Part shown: piece after piece, positions 49,883-59,102 of the stretch
Layout: each line of letters begins with the position of its first letter
Numbering within the stretch: the first letter of the stretch is position 1
NCBI GenBank assembly: GCA_021800035.1
Contig: JAJYZJ010000002.1
Coordinates: 497 to 64,496, forward strand
Source: an archaeon
Lineage (GTDB): Archaea > Thermoproteota > Thermoprotei_A > Marsarchaeales > Marsarchaeaceae
Length of the DNA: 64,000 nucleotides
Direction of reading: 5' to 3'
The notes under the pieces: generated by a model
The model's input: the letters and a program-made list of their open reading frames with translations, nothing else
Database searches by the model: none
What the model was told of the DNA's origin: nothing
Program-made: the position numbers and the translations under genes

Positions 49883-50200
49883 GAAGGTGATGTGTATTGG
49901 TTCTCGGAGTGATATAAGGCATAGCCGGCTTCTTTCGGCGGCGAATATCTCATGCGGACGCCTATACTCCATATCCTTATCCTTAAATGCAAGTTACTTC
50001 GCCTAGGCACCGGGAAACGAGCGGGAGCCACTGTCGCCTTGAAGGGCACAAGTTGAGGCATAAAGCTAGGCGTTCGAATGGATAATGTTGTGTGAGTAGA
50101 TAAGCCAATAGCCTCGCGCCACTCAAGCTCCAATGACGAAGAACAAGGAAGGCTAGCAGCCGCGGCCAAGTCAACTGCTAGTAACAAGCCTGCAAAATGC

Positions 50201-52189
50201 ATGCCAGCAGGACTCGAGCTGCAGACAGCAAATTACTTGGAGCTAGCCACCAGTCTTAAATCGAATATAACCCCTCTACGGCGAATGAGCAGACTCGAGT
50301 TCGAGGACCTTCTCGCTCCTCTCGCCATTTCATCACCTTACACTTCGCACACCACAGAGTCAATTGTGTTTTCTGTAGGTGAACAGTACAGCAACGCGAA
50401 CACATACCTCAAATCTGCAGTCTACCGCCTGAACAAGTCCGGGCGTATGAAGAAATTGACTTCGGGTGAATTCACCGATACCTCACCAAAGCCGTCTCCG
50501 GATGGGGAAGTGGTTGGCTTTCTCTCAAATCGATTCCAGTCCAACGCGGCAGGTTCAGATGATAGACCGATTACTCTCTGTTTCATTCCGGCCGAAGGTG
50601 GAGAGATTTCGCGGTCGCGCATCCCTGGAAGCGTAGAGAGCTTTCTCTGGCTTGATAACCGCCTAGTCCTCGCGATTGCTAAGGAACAAGCAGAGCGGAA
50701 CTCCGACTCTGAGGGTGCCGATACCGACGAAATCATCGTCGAACGGAGAACCGGTTTCAGAAGGCTCTGGATAATCGATAGCCTGACCGGTACATCAAAA
50801 AGAGTCAAGAACGACCTCAATATCTGGGAGGTGGATGCGGTATCAACAAAGGCTACTGCGATAGCCGTGGTTTCTGACCTCCCATTCGAACGCTCTTGGT
50901 ACAATTCGAGGCTGACAAGGATTAACCTTGAAGATGGCTCCTACCAGGATTTGTACAGGAACCCCGGGCGGCAGGTCGGGTCTCCGCGACTCTCAGCAGA
51001 TGGAAAACATGCACTGTTCATGCAGTCACTCTGGAGTGACAGGGGAGTGCAAAGTGGGGATGTTTGCTTTCTAGATATCGAATCCGGGAAATTGGAGAAT
51101 ATTACAAGGGATATGGAGCTCAGCGTTTCCTGGGCGGAGTGGGTTGGACAAGATGCAATCCTAGTCGCTAATCAACGTAGTGCTTCTCTTGTCCTCAAGT
51201 TAAGGCTTGACAATCTGCAGATAAATGAGATATGGAGGAATGAGCTTACGATAAATCCCAGTCGTCTTCCAAAATTTAGTCTTCTAAATGACTCAATCGT
51301 CTTTAGTTCCCAAAGCGCTCACATGGCTTCCGATATCTGGCGACTTGATTTAAGGACGAAGGATTTTACACGGCTGACACATTTTGGTGTCGACTTCCAC
51401 GTTCCAGATGTCACTCAATTTGCTATGAACAAATACAAATGGGTTGGCTCGGCCGGAGTGGAGCTTGAGGGTTTCGTCCGCGGGGGACAGAATCTCGGCA
51501 GTAGAAGTCTGGCACCGCTGATAGTACAGGTTCACGGCGGGCCCACAGGAAGTGTAAGGTGGCAGTACATGGACGGAGGAGAAGTTTTTGCGTCAAAGGG
51601 CTATGTGGTATTCTATCCTAACTTCACAGGAAGCACGGGCCGCGGAGTAAGATTTGCGGAATCCAACATCGGAGATATGGGTGGTCAAGATCTACAGGAC
51701 ATAATCTCCGGAGTTCAATCTCTAGTCGAGCGCGGTGGAATAGACGAAAAAAGAATCTATCTGACTGGCGGTTCCTATGGGGGTTACATGACAATGTGGG
51801 GCGTGACTCAGACAAACATTTTCGCCGGCGCCGTTGCGCGATTCGGCATCTCCGACTGGTTAAGCTTCCACGGCTGTTCCAGCTTGAGTGACTGGGATGC
51901 AATTCATTACAACGAGTCTCCGTATTCCTTTCACAAATTCGTTGACTTTTCTCCTATCCGACACGTCCAGAATGTGAAGACTCCGTTGCTGCTACTGCAC
52001 GGAGAAAGAGACCCCTTTGTCCCCGTGGGCCAGTCGCTTCAATTCTTTCGTGCACTAAACGACCTCGGAAAGGAAGTGAGTCTTATCGTCTATCCGCGTG
52101 AGGGCCATGGGTTTACTGAACGAGCCCACGTTCTGGACGCTAACCGCAGAACCCTGTCGTGGTTCGAAACCCACAGGAAGCCAGAATAG
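50201..52189 (+). CDS. S9-family serine peptidase (acylaminoacyl-peptidase / prolyl oligopeptidase type)
   Basis: N-terminal beta-propeller region. Catalytic triad context: GGSYGGYM, HGERDPFVP, EGHGF. Confidence 0.9.
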   Translation: MPAGLELQTANYLELATSLKSNITPLRRMSRLEFEDLLAPLAISSPYTSHTTESIVFSVGEQYSNANTYLKSAVYRLNKSGRMKKLTSGEFTDTSPKPSPDGEVVGFLSNRFQSNAAGSDDRPITLCFIPAEGGEISRSRIPGSVESFLWLDNRLVLAIAKEQAERNSDSEGADTDEIIVERRTGFRRLWIIDSLTGTSKRVKNDLNIWEVDAVSTKATAIAVVSDLPFERSWYNSRLTRINLEDGSYQDLYRNPGRQVGSPRLSADGKHALFMQSLWSDRGVQSGDVCFLDIESGKLENITRDMELSVSWAEWVGQDAILVANQRSASLVLKLRLDNLQINEIWRNELTINPSRLPKFSLLNDSIVFSSQSAHMASDIWRLDLRTKDFTRLTHFGVDFHVPDVTQFAMNKYKWVGSAGVELEGFVRGGQNLGSRSLAPLIVQVHGGPTGSVRWQYMDGGEVFASKGYVVFYPNFTGSTGRGVRFAESNIGDMGGQDLQDIISGVQSLVERGGIDEKRIYLTGGSYGGYMTMWGVTQTNIFAGAVARFGISDWLSFHGCSSLSDWDAIHYNESPYSFHKFVDFSPIRHVQNVKTPLLLLHGERDPFVPVGQSLQFFRALNDLGKEVSLIVYPREGHGFTERAHVLDANRRTLSWFETHRKPE

Positions 52190-52201
52190 AGCCTCTAGCT
52201 A

Positions 52202-53635
52202 CTACCCTTCGACAGTTTTCCTGTACTTGTAATGGCCCTCGAAAATATCGCTTACAGTCGGCGTCTTGCTAGCGAAGTTTAGTGCCCATTCGAACGAGTC
52301 CTCACCGTGGTCGGCCTCCGTACCAACTCTACCCAGCCACTTGTCAGTTACAAGTGCACGAATTCTCATGCGAAGTGTTGGTGACGGGACTCTCTCCACC
52401 GCCTTTTCAAAGAAGGAAAGCATGATGAGCCTCTTCGCGGTGTCTTCACCGAGTCCCCTAGTTGTAAGATAGAAAACCTGCTCAGGGTCAATTTGCTCGA
52501 CAGCAGCTGAGTGAGTTGCTTTTACCTCATTGGTATCTATCTCTAAAGTCGGTATGGGTTCCGCCCGAGAAGACTTGCTTAGCAGCATGGCGTGGAGAGA
52601 TAGGTAGGCTCTGGAGTTCTTTGCTCCATTTCGAATCTTGACCATCCCTTTCATAATGGACTCTGAAGAGTCGTTGAGCACTGCTTTCGAAAGCGATGTA
52701 CCAGTAGTGTTTGGAACTGAGAGATTGATATTGCTTGTCATATCAAATTTCTGTGTGCCATTGCCAAAAATGACCTGTACGTCATCCGACGAAGATCCCT
52801 GGCCGATCATCTCACTTTCAAGTCGCCCGCGTACTACTGAGCCGCCCATATCCGCAAGCGTCCAGCTCACGCTGGCATCACGGTCAACAACCGCCCTCTT
52901 GTTTGAGATCACATAAACCTCGTTTGAGTGGTCGTTCACTCCTGCGAATGCTACGTGTGAACCTGGCCCCACCTGCACATCAACCGCGGAAGCTTCCAAG
53001 GATGGTCGCCCAGATGGTACCGAGCTTCCCTCTTGCAGCACGACAGCAGAAGACAAAGCCTCGGTTAGAATTATAATTTGGTAGATTGCGGCGGCTTTGC
53101 CCGGCCTTGTCTTCGAATGTATGTGTACGGGTGTTTCGAGAGCTACGTTTGCCGGCACATGTATGAATATAGCTCGATTAAAAAGTGCGTTAATCATTGC
53201 CGCAAACTTGTCATCCCTAGAGCGAACCGCCTTGGACTCGAATGCCCTTCTCAGCAGTTCGGGACAGCTGGAGAGAGCAGATGACAAGTCCATCACTCTG
53301 ACTGCACTCTTTTGCAATGCTGTCGGGTCCACTGAATAACTGAACCAAGTTGCTTCTTTTTTGTGTGAATTCGGCTGTGAGAGTAGGCTCTGCTCGGGGC
53401 TCGTTTCAGTCACCAGATATTCGAAATCCCCTAGATCTGCTCCGGTCAAGCCAACATATTTCTGGAAAAGAAGGGAAGATTCCACCTCAAGCCTGCGGTA
53501 CGAGGTAATGGCATCCAGCCTGAAATTCGCCAGCCACTCGGGTTCGTTCAACTCTCTTGAAAGCCGCAGGATGTCTTCATCTCTGAAATCAGGCATCCTT
53601 GAAGCCACCGCACTGGTGGCCTGCATAGATGTCAC
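52202..53635 (-). CDS. sufD: Fe-S cluster assembly protein SufD
   Basis: SufB/D beta-helix repeat region and C-terminal ATHSAAVEQIDPEQVFYLTTRGL. It follows sufB by 24 nt. Confidence 0.85.
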   Translation of the reverse strand: MTSMQATSAVASRMPDFRDEDILRLSRELNEPEWLANFRLDAITSYRRLEVESSLLFQKYVGLTGADLGDFEYLVTETSPEQSLLSQPNSHKKEATWFSYSVDPTALQKSAVRVMDLSSALSSCPELLRRAFESKAVRSRDDKFAAMINALFNRAIFIHVPANVALETPVHIHSKTRPGKAAAIYQIIILTEALSSAVVLQEGSSVPSGRPSLEASAVDVQVGPGSHVAFAGVNDHSNEVYVISNKRAVVDRDASVSWTLADMGGSVVRGRLESEMIGQGSSSDDVQVIFGNGTQKFDMTSNINLSVPNTTGTSLSKAVLNDSSESIMKGMVKIRNGAKNSRAYLSLHAMLLSKSSRAEPIPTLEIDTNEVKATHSAAVEQIDPEQVFYLTTRGLGEDTAKRLIMLSFFEKAVERVPSPTLRMRIRALVTDKWLGRVGTEADHGEDSFEWALNFASKTPTVSDIFEGHYKYRKTVEG

Positions 53636-53659
53636 GGTTGGCTCGCCTATAGAGCAGGA

Positions 53660-55066
53660 CTAACCGACGGCGTTGTCCATTTCCATGTTTATGATCTTAT
53701 TCAGTTCGACGACGAACTCGATAGGAAGTTGCCGCGCGAACTCGTCAATGAACCCCATCACTATCAGGGTGAGTGCTTTAGCCTCTGGTATGCCCCGGCT
53801 CATCAGGTAGAAGATCTGATCGTCGCTGATTTTTCCTACCGTTGCTTCGTGAGTAACGGCCGCAGTGCTGTCGAAAATTTCGTTATAGGGATAGGTGTCC
53901 GTTCCAGATATGTCGTCAACCAGCAGAGCATCACAACGCACGCTCGATTTCACATTTGTAGCCCCTTTTGCGACCCTGAGGAGCCCTCTGTATGTGGTCC
54001 TTCCTCCCTTCATTGAAATGGACTTTGAAGTGACTCTTGAGGTAGTGTTAGGGGCTAGATGAATAACCTTTCCGCCAGCATCCTGATGCTGGCCCTTGCC
54101 AGCGAAAGCAACTGAGGTGATTTCTCCGCGTGCACCTTCGCCTAGCAAATATATTGACGGATACTTCATTGTGACTTTGCTACCGATATTTGCGTCAACC
54201 CATTCTACAGTGGCGTTTCGCTTTGCATGAGCTCTTTTCGTGACCAGATTGTAAACATCGCTAGACCAATTCTGAATTGTTGTATACTTTACCTGTGCCC
54301 CTTCATGAGCGATTATCTCTACCACTGCCGCGTGCAGAGAGTCTGAGGAATATATCGGAGCCGTGCAGCCTTCCATGTAATGGACCTTTGCCCCCTCCTC
54401 TACGATAATCAGCGTTCTCTCGAATTGCCCCATATTATTCGCATTTATCCGGAAATATGCTTGTAGAGGTACTTCGACATTCACCCCTTTTGGCACATAG
54501 ACGAAGCTTCCGCCGCTCCAAACTGCGCTGTTAAGCGCAGCAAACTTGTTGTCTTCGGGAGGAACAATCGTACCAAAATACTTCCTCACGATTTCTGGAT
54601 ACTCCTTTAGCGCGGAGTCCATATTTGTGAAAATGACCCCCTGCTTCTCTAGGTCCTCCCTTATGCTATGATACACCGACTCTGAATCGTATTGGGCCCC
54701 AACACCGCCAAAGTACTTGCGCTCAGCCTCCGGAATGCCCAGTCGTTCGAACGTCCGCCTGATGCCCTCCGGCAGCTCCTCCCAAGTCTTTCCCTGCCCC
54801 TCGGTTGGCTTAAGATAGTACCTCAGTTCGTCAAAATCTATCTTGGTTAGGTCAGCACCCCACATAGGCAGTGGCTTCTTGTAAAACACGTCAAGAGCCC
54901 GTAGCCTGAAATTGAGCATCCACTCTGGCTCATTCTTCATCTTGGAGATTTCTTCCACCACTTCTTTCGAAAGTCCTTTCTGTGTAATGAAGAGGTACTT
55001 TGTATCTTCACGAAAGTTATACTTGCTGTAATCGAACTCCAAATTCGGTGTGGTTGTTGAGGTCAT
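53660..55066 (-). CDS. sufB: Fe-S cluster assembly scaffold SufB
   Basis: EPEWMLNFRL, IVEEGAKVHYMEGCTAP and VTHEATVGKISDDQIFYLMSRGI. Confidence 0.95.
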   Translation of the reverse strand: MTSTTTPNLEFDYSKYNFREDTKYLFITQKGLSKEVVEEISKMKNEPEWMLNFRLRALDVFYKKPLPMWGADLTKIDFDELRYYLKPTEGQGKTWEELPEGIRRTFERLGIPEAERKYFGGVGAQYDSESVYHSIREDLEKQGVIFTNMDSALKEYPEIVRKYFGTIVPPEDNKFAALNSAVWSGGSFVYVPKGVNVEVPLQAYFRINANNMGQFERTLIIVEEGAKVHYMEGCTAPIYSSDSLHAAVVEIIAHEGAQVKYTTIQNWSSDVYNLVTKRAHAKRNATVEWVDANIGSKVTMKYPSIYLLGEGARGEITSVAFAGKGQHQDAGGKVIHLAPNTTSRVTSKSISMKGGRTTYRGLLRVAKGATNVKSSVRCDALLVDDISGTDTYPYNEIFDSTAAVTHEATVGKISDDQIFYLMSRGIPEAKALTLIVMGFIDEFARQLPIEFVVELNKIINMEMDNAVG

Positions 55067-55157
55067 CTAGTTCACTACATACATCTGTGGCCTTGCTATT
55101 TAAGGATTATGACATAAGTCATTATGAGTTTTGCACGTATCCTACGCGGCGGGGCAA

Positions 55158-55526
55158 TCAAGGTTCCAGCCTAGCGCCGTTAAGTATAAAATCAAACCTG
55201 CTGCTGCTCTTTGCGAGCCGACAAAGTTCAGTGGCTAGTTCCGGTGACTTGCTGATTTCGTGGATCTCAAGCCTGTGGCTTGGCACATTGATTGTGACAA
55301 CTGACGTGGTGGAGTCGTCTGGCCCAATTGAGCCTTTCCCATACTGCTCAACTACCTCAATAATGCACTGATCCAGATAATCCTGTTCCAATGCGGGAAC
55401 AAGGATTCTCAGCACGGCGATGACATCGGGCGACTCTACACAAAACGTGCTCAATCGCCCATCGGATGCTATCGTCCTCACATTGGCGCAATCCGTCACT
55501 CGAAACCCAGCAATCATATGGACCAC
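55158..55526 (-). CDS. hypothetical protein upstream of sufB
   Basis: 122-aa ORF on the same strand, 91 nt from the sufB start. No recognised motif. Confidence 0.4.
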   Translation of the reverse strand: MVHMIAGFRVTDCANVRTIASDGRLSTFCVESPDVIAVLRILVPALEQDYLDQCIIEVVEQYGKGSIGPDDSTTSVVTINVPSHRLEIHEISKSPELATELCRLAKSSSRFDFILNGARLEP

Positions 55527-55618
55527 AGTGATATTTGATTATTCGCTATCCTGAGTCATTCACTATTCCGAAACCTTTTATGAAACCGTAGGACCCAAAA
55601 CGGCTGGCACAAGTAGAC

Positions 55619-56191
55619 TTGAGTACAATAAGAGGGGATGTCAGGCCGAAGATTACGCTCGGACTCGTGGGCCATGCAGGATGCGGAAAGGATTCGGTCG
55701 CTGAATATTTATCACGAAAATACAACTTCAGGATTGTTTCGTTCTATGAACCTCTACGCAATCTAGCGAAGGACTTGTTTGACCGTGAAGACAGGCAGAC
55801 ACTCCGTCGCCTGGGTAAGGGCCTTTCGGATGCCTTTGGAAGAGACATCTTTATTTCCTACTGGTCAAGCAACTTTCCCCACGGGAATGTGGTCTTAAAG
55901 GACGCCCGTTATAGGAATGAACTAGTCTGGCTGAGCGAGGTCTGCGAGCTGATAATCGCAGTGAAATGCGATCCGGGCGTGTCGGCTGAACGAATAAAAA
56001 GGCGTGCGAGAGAGGGAGACCCCGCAGATGAAAAGGAGTTACTCAGTGAATGGAATCAGGAATCTGACCTTGACGATGACTATCCCCGCTTTCACTCGGT
56101 TGACAATTCCGCAGATTTTCAAACCACAGCGAAAGAGGTGGACAAGCTAGTGAACGTAGCGCTAGGAGAGAAAGGTGGCCAGAGCAACTGA
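55619..56191 (+). CDS. P-loop nucleoside/nucleotide kinase-like protein (dNMP-kinase-like)
   Basis: Walker A LGLVGHAGCGKDSVAEYL followed by ..F.EPL..LA.., as in small dNMP/adenylate-kinase-like proteins. TTG start. Confidence 0.55.
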   Translation: MSTIRGDVRPKITLGLVGHAGCGKDSVAEYLSRKYNFRIVSFYEPLRNLAKDLFDREDRQTLRRLGKGLSDAFGRDIFISYWSSNFPHGNVVLKDARYRNELVWLSEVCELIIAVKCDPGVSAERIKRRAREGDPADEKELLSEWNQESDLDDDYPRFHSVDNSADFQTTAKEVDKLVNVALGEKGGQSN

Positions 56192-56256
56192 GTATACTGT
56201 TTGAGGTCACTCCACCATCCATCCGGAATACGCGCCACGAGCTGGATGACGCCGTT

Positions 56257-56901
56257 TTGGGCGCAATTGCAGCAGGTGCGAAGGGGATCGACATAACTGA
56301 CACTCCGACCGGTGAATCTCATAGCATGTCAATAACCGCGGCCCAGTATATCAAGGAGGTATACAGGATTCCCGTGATATGCCACGTTCGCACAAGAAGC
56401 CAGACTTTAGAGTCGGTAAAGTCGCTGGCCCGTTCGGCAGATGTGTGGGATATTGACGCCTTACTATTCGTTCAGGGGGAGGGCCCCCGGACCTCCGGAC
56501 TCACTCCCACGGAATGCCTCGAACTTGTGCGCCATGAAGGACTCCTCGAAAATTCTAACACAAAGTTGGGTGTTCTCGTAGATCCGGCGAAGATTGCCGT
56601 CACGCATAAAAAGCTCAGACGACGGCCTGATTTTGTGTATTCCGTTCCCTTGAAGTCAATTTCAGAATACGAGTCGCTGAAGGCACTGCTCCGTGACCAG
56701 AAGGTGACAACCTACGTGAGCGTAATGGTTCCTACCCCCCTTAACCGTGCAATTTTCGAAAGAATTGGAATGCCACAGATGCCGGACATTTCTGATGTGT
56801 CGGCCCTCTCCAACCAGGTACTGAGGGATGGACTGCACTTGTGCGTAATCAGCCCCGCCGACCTCGACGGCGGGCTGAGTTTTGTCAAGGGGTTGCATTG
56901 A
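56257..56901 (+). CDS. short methylenetetrahydrofolate reductase-like (MetF-like) TIM-barrel protein
   Basis: GIDITDTPTGES, VICHVRTRS (cf. HLTC) and ALLFVQGEGP (cf. LALRGD). The conserved N-terminal strand LFEVTPP lies upstream at 56197-56217 in the same open frame, with no ATG/GTG/TTG before it. Confidence 0.7.
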   Translation: MGAIAAGAKGIDITDTPTGESHSMSITAAQYIKEVYRIPVICHVRTRSQTLESVKSLARSADVWDIDALLFVQGEGPRTSGLTPTECLELVRHEGLLENSNTKLGVLVDPAKIAVTHKKLRRRPDFVYSVPLKSISEYESLKALLRDQKVTTYVSVMVPTPLNRAIFERIGMPQMPDISDVSALSNQVLRDGLHLCVISPADLDGGLSFVKGLH

Positions 56902-56904
56902 GAG

Positions 56905-57921
56905 GTGCAACGTGTGCAAAGTGCAGTCAACGACGGTTTTCCGATGGGAGACCTTATCGAGGTCAAGAATGGGTATAACCACGGCAGTGTTACCCTTGTA
57001 GAGTTAACAAAACGAATAGATGCGAAGACCAAGGAGTGCATGGAATTCCAGTCGAAAGCGGGTATTGACATAATTTCTGATGGCCTATACAACTGGGATG
57101 ACCTGCTTCAGCCTTTTACTCGCGGAGGTTTGAAGGGCGTTGAAACCGATGGGCTGATGCGCTTCTTTGACAATAACGCCTACTACAGAAAACCACTGAT
57201 CAAGGGAAAAATATCTTTTGAATACTCGTCCACTTTGCAGTTCTGGAAAAGGAGCCTAAGGTTTGGAGGAGCCGGCAAGCTCAGAGGATTCATACCGGGT
57301 CCGCTCACATTTGCAAGGCTCTGTGAAAATCGTTATTACTCCTCGTTTGCCACTCTTTTGGATGATCTCGCCGTTGCGCTAAGGGCAGAGCTTGACACAA
57401 TAGTTGGATTAGGTCTGAAGGGCGTTCAAGTCTGTGATCCCGCCATTGGATTTGCGACACCGGAAAATCTTGAAAAGCTGTTACCGCCTTATAGCAAATT
57501 TACCGCTGATATTGGGCAAAAACTCTGGTTTACCATTCCTTACTCGCGTCCGAATCCGCTTGTACTCCGGGTGCTTTCCCAACTTAACCCTGCCTCAGTA
57601 TCCATTGATGTCAGTTCTACCACACTGCACGGTGGTTCAAACGTTAAAGATTGGGAGGGCTGGATTAGAATCATCTCGGACTTGTTCAAGGAAATCGATC
57701 CCTACGCGCGGGGTATGCCCTTGAGTTTGGGTCTGATCGATTGCAGAAACACCCTCTTAGAGCGAAAGGGAGATATCAAACGAGCGATTAGCCTTGCCAG
57801 GAAAAACAACCTTAAAGTGTGCTCGATTTCAAATAATGGCTCCTTGGATCTTCTGCCAGAATCTGTTGGTCGCAAGAAAGTGACCATACTTGGGGCCGCA
57901 GAGGAGATGAATAGTCAATGA
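56905..57921 (+). CDS. MetE N-terminal-domain-like protein (Meth_synt_1-like, non-catalytic half of split methionine synthase)
   Basis: GFPMGD, QSKAGIDIISDG and LMRFFDNNAYYRKPLI (cf. KWFDTNYHY) are present. It lacks the His/Cys zinc ligands. The start is 3 nt after the MetF-like stop. Confidence 0.75.
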   Translation: MQRVQSAVNDGFPMGDLIEVKNGYNHGSVTLVELTKRIDAKTKECMEFQSKAGIDIISDGLYNWDDLLQPFTRGGLKGVETDGLMRFFDNNAYYRKPLIKGKISFEYSSTLQFWKRSLRFGGAGKLRGFIPGPLTFARLCENRYYSSFATLLDDLAVALRAELDTIVGLGLKGVQVCDPAIGFATPENLEKLLPPYSKFTADIGQKLWFTIPYSRPNPLVLRVLSQLNPASVSIDVSSTTLHGGSNVKDWEGWIRIISDLFKEIDPYARGMPLSLGLIDCRNTLLERKGDIKRAISLARKNNLKVCSISNNGSLDLLPESVGRKKVTILGAAEEMNSQ

Positions 57922-58913
57922 ACATTGACACATCGTCTCCTGAACCTCTGATACCGAGTAGTGTGATTGGGAGCTACCCACGCCCTGTTTGGCTGAGGGA
58001 GGCCATAGGCTCTCACCGAAGGGGAGAAATCACTTCTGCGGAGTTGGATTCTGTCATGGACGATGCAGCACTCCTCACCATCAAAGAGCACGAGCTTGCC
58101 GGAGTCGACTCCCTAACGGATGGGGAAATGCGCAGGGATGAAATGATTGAATTCTTTGCCGAGCGGCTCAAGGGCTTTGTTTTCTATGGCGACGTGAGAG
58201 TGTGGGGAACGGCCCACTACAACAAACCCGCCGTCATTAACAGGATAAGTCGGCCCCACCCAATCCTGCGTGATGAATTTCTCTTTACGAGGCGGTCGAC
58301 GACCAAACGAATAAAAGTTACAATCACAGGACCGTATACGCTTTCCGACTGGTCGTATAATGAATTCTACTCGTCGAAGCAGGAACTGGCTGAGGACCTC
58401 GCCAAGGTTGTGAATGCCGAGATCCGGGACCTCGAAAGCAATGGGGCAAAGTTCATTCAGATTGACGAACCTGCGCTTTCGACTCATGCTAATGAACTCG
58501 ATTGGGCAATAAAAGTGATAAATCGGGCCGTTTCAAACGTAGGGGCCAAAGTTGGGATTCATATTTGCTACGGAGACTATTCATCGTTGATTCCGTATCT
58601 TAATGAGATACATGTGTCGCAATTCGCGCTCGAATTTGCCAACCGAAAATTCCACGACCTTGATTTGTTTGCAAAAAGTGCTCCAAAGTACGAGATTGGA
58701 CTAGGGGTTATTGACGTTCACAACCCGAGAGTCGAGAAGCCAGAAGAAGTTGCAGCTGCGATTTCTCGTGGAGTCGAGCTTTTCGGAGAATCTAGTGTTC
58801 ATGTTAATCCGGATTGCGGATTAAAACTCCTAGCACGGGATGTAGCGTTCTCCAAGTTGTCCACAATGGTCAAAGGCGCACAGCTGGCACGTTCGAGACT
58901 TAGTAGGAAATGA
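57918..58913 (+). CDS. metE: cobalamin-independent methionine synthase catalytic domain (core MetE)
   Basis: SLTDGEMRRDEMIEFF, IQIDEPAL and the zinc ligands in GIHICYGDY and VNPDCGLK. It has a 4-nt ATGA overlap with the preceding gene. Confidence 0.85.
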   Translation: MNIDTSSPEPLIPSSVIGSYPRPVWLREAIGSHRRGEITSAELDSVMDDAALLTIKEHELAGVDSLTDGEMRRDEMIEFFAERLKGFVFYGDVRVWGTAHYNKPAVINRISRPHPILRDEFLFTRRSTTKRIKVTITGPYTLSDWSYNEFYSSKQELAEDLAKVVNAEIRDLESNGAKFIQIDEPALSTHANELDWAIKVINRAVSNVGAKVGIHICYGDYSSLIPYLNEIHVSQFALEFANRKFHDLDLFAKSAPKYEIGLGVIDVHNPRVEKPEEVAAAISRGVELFGESSVHVNPDCGLKLLARDVAFSKLSTMVKGAQLARSRLSRK

Positions 58914-59102
58914 TATCGCTGAATTTGTTATTGTCAACGTGATACGGGAAAAGAATGGCGAGTCACTTTAGGTTCTATTACGCTAGTTGGGAGCGCTTTC
59001 AAATGAATGCGGAAGATTCCAAGGTTCCACTTGTATATACTCACAAACCTAAAAAAGAGATTGTTCCTGATGGGTAAGGAAGCGAGGGGAAACTGAAACA
59101 CA

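Noticed and set aside
56150-56200. Programmed -1 frameshift fusing the P-loop kinase-like ORF to the MTHFR-like ORF
   Set aside because: There is no X-XXY-YYZ slippery heptamer in ...CTA GGA GAG AAA GGT GGC CAG AGC AAC TGA. A kinase-MTHFR fusion has no precedent that I know of. A rare start codon or a sequence error is more parsimonious.
58955-59077. 40-codon ORF (MASHFRFYYASWERFQMNAEDSKVPLVYTHKPKKEIVPDG) in the spacer after metE
   Set aside because: It has no recognisable motif or obvious promoter, and it is too short to judge coding potential by eye.
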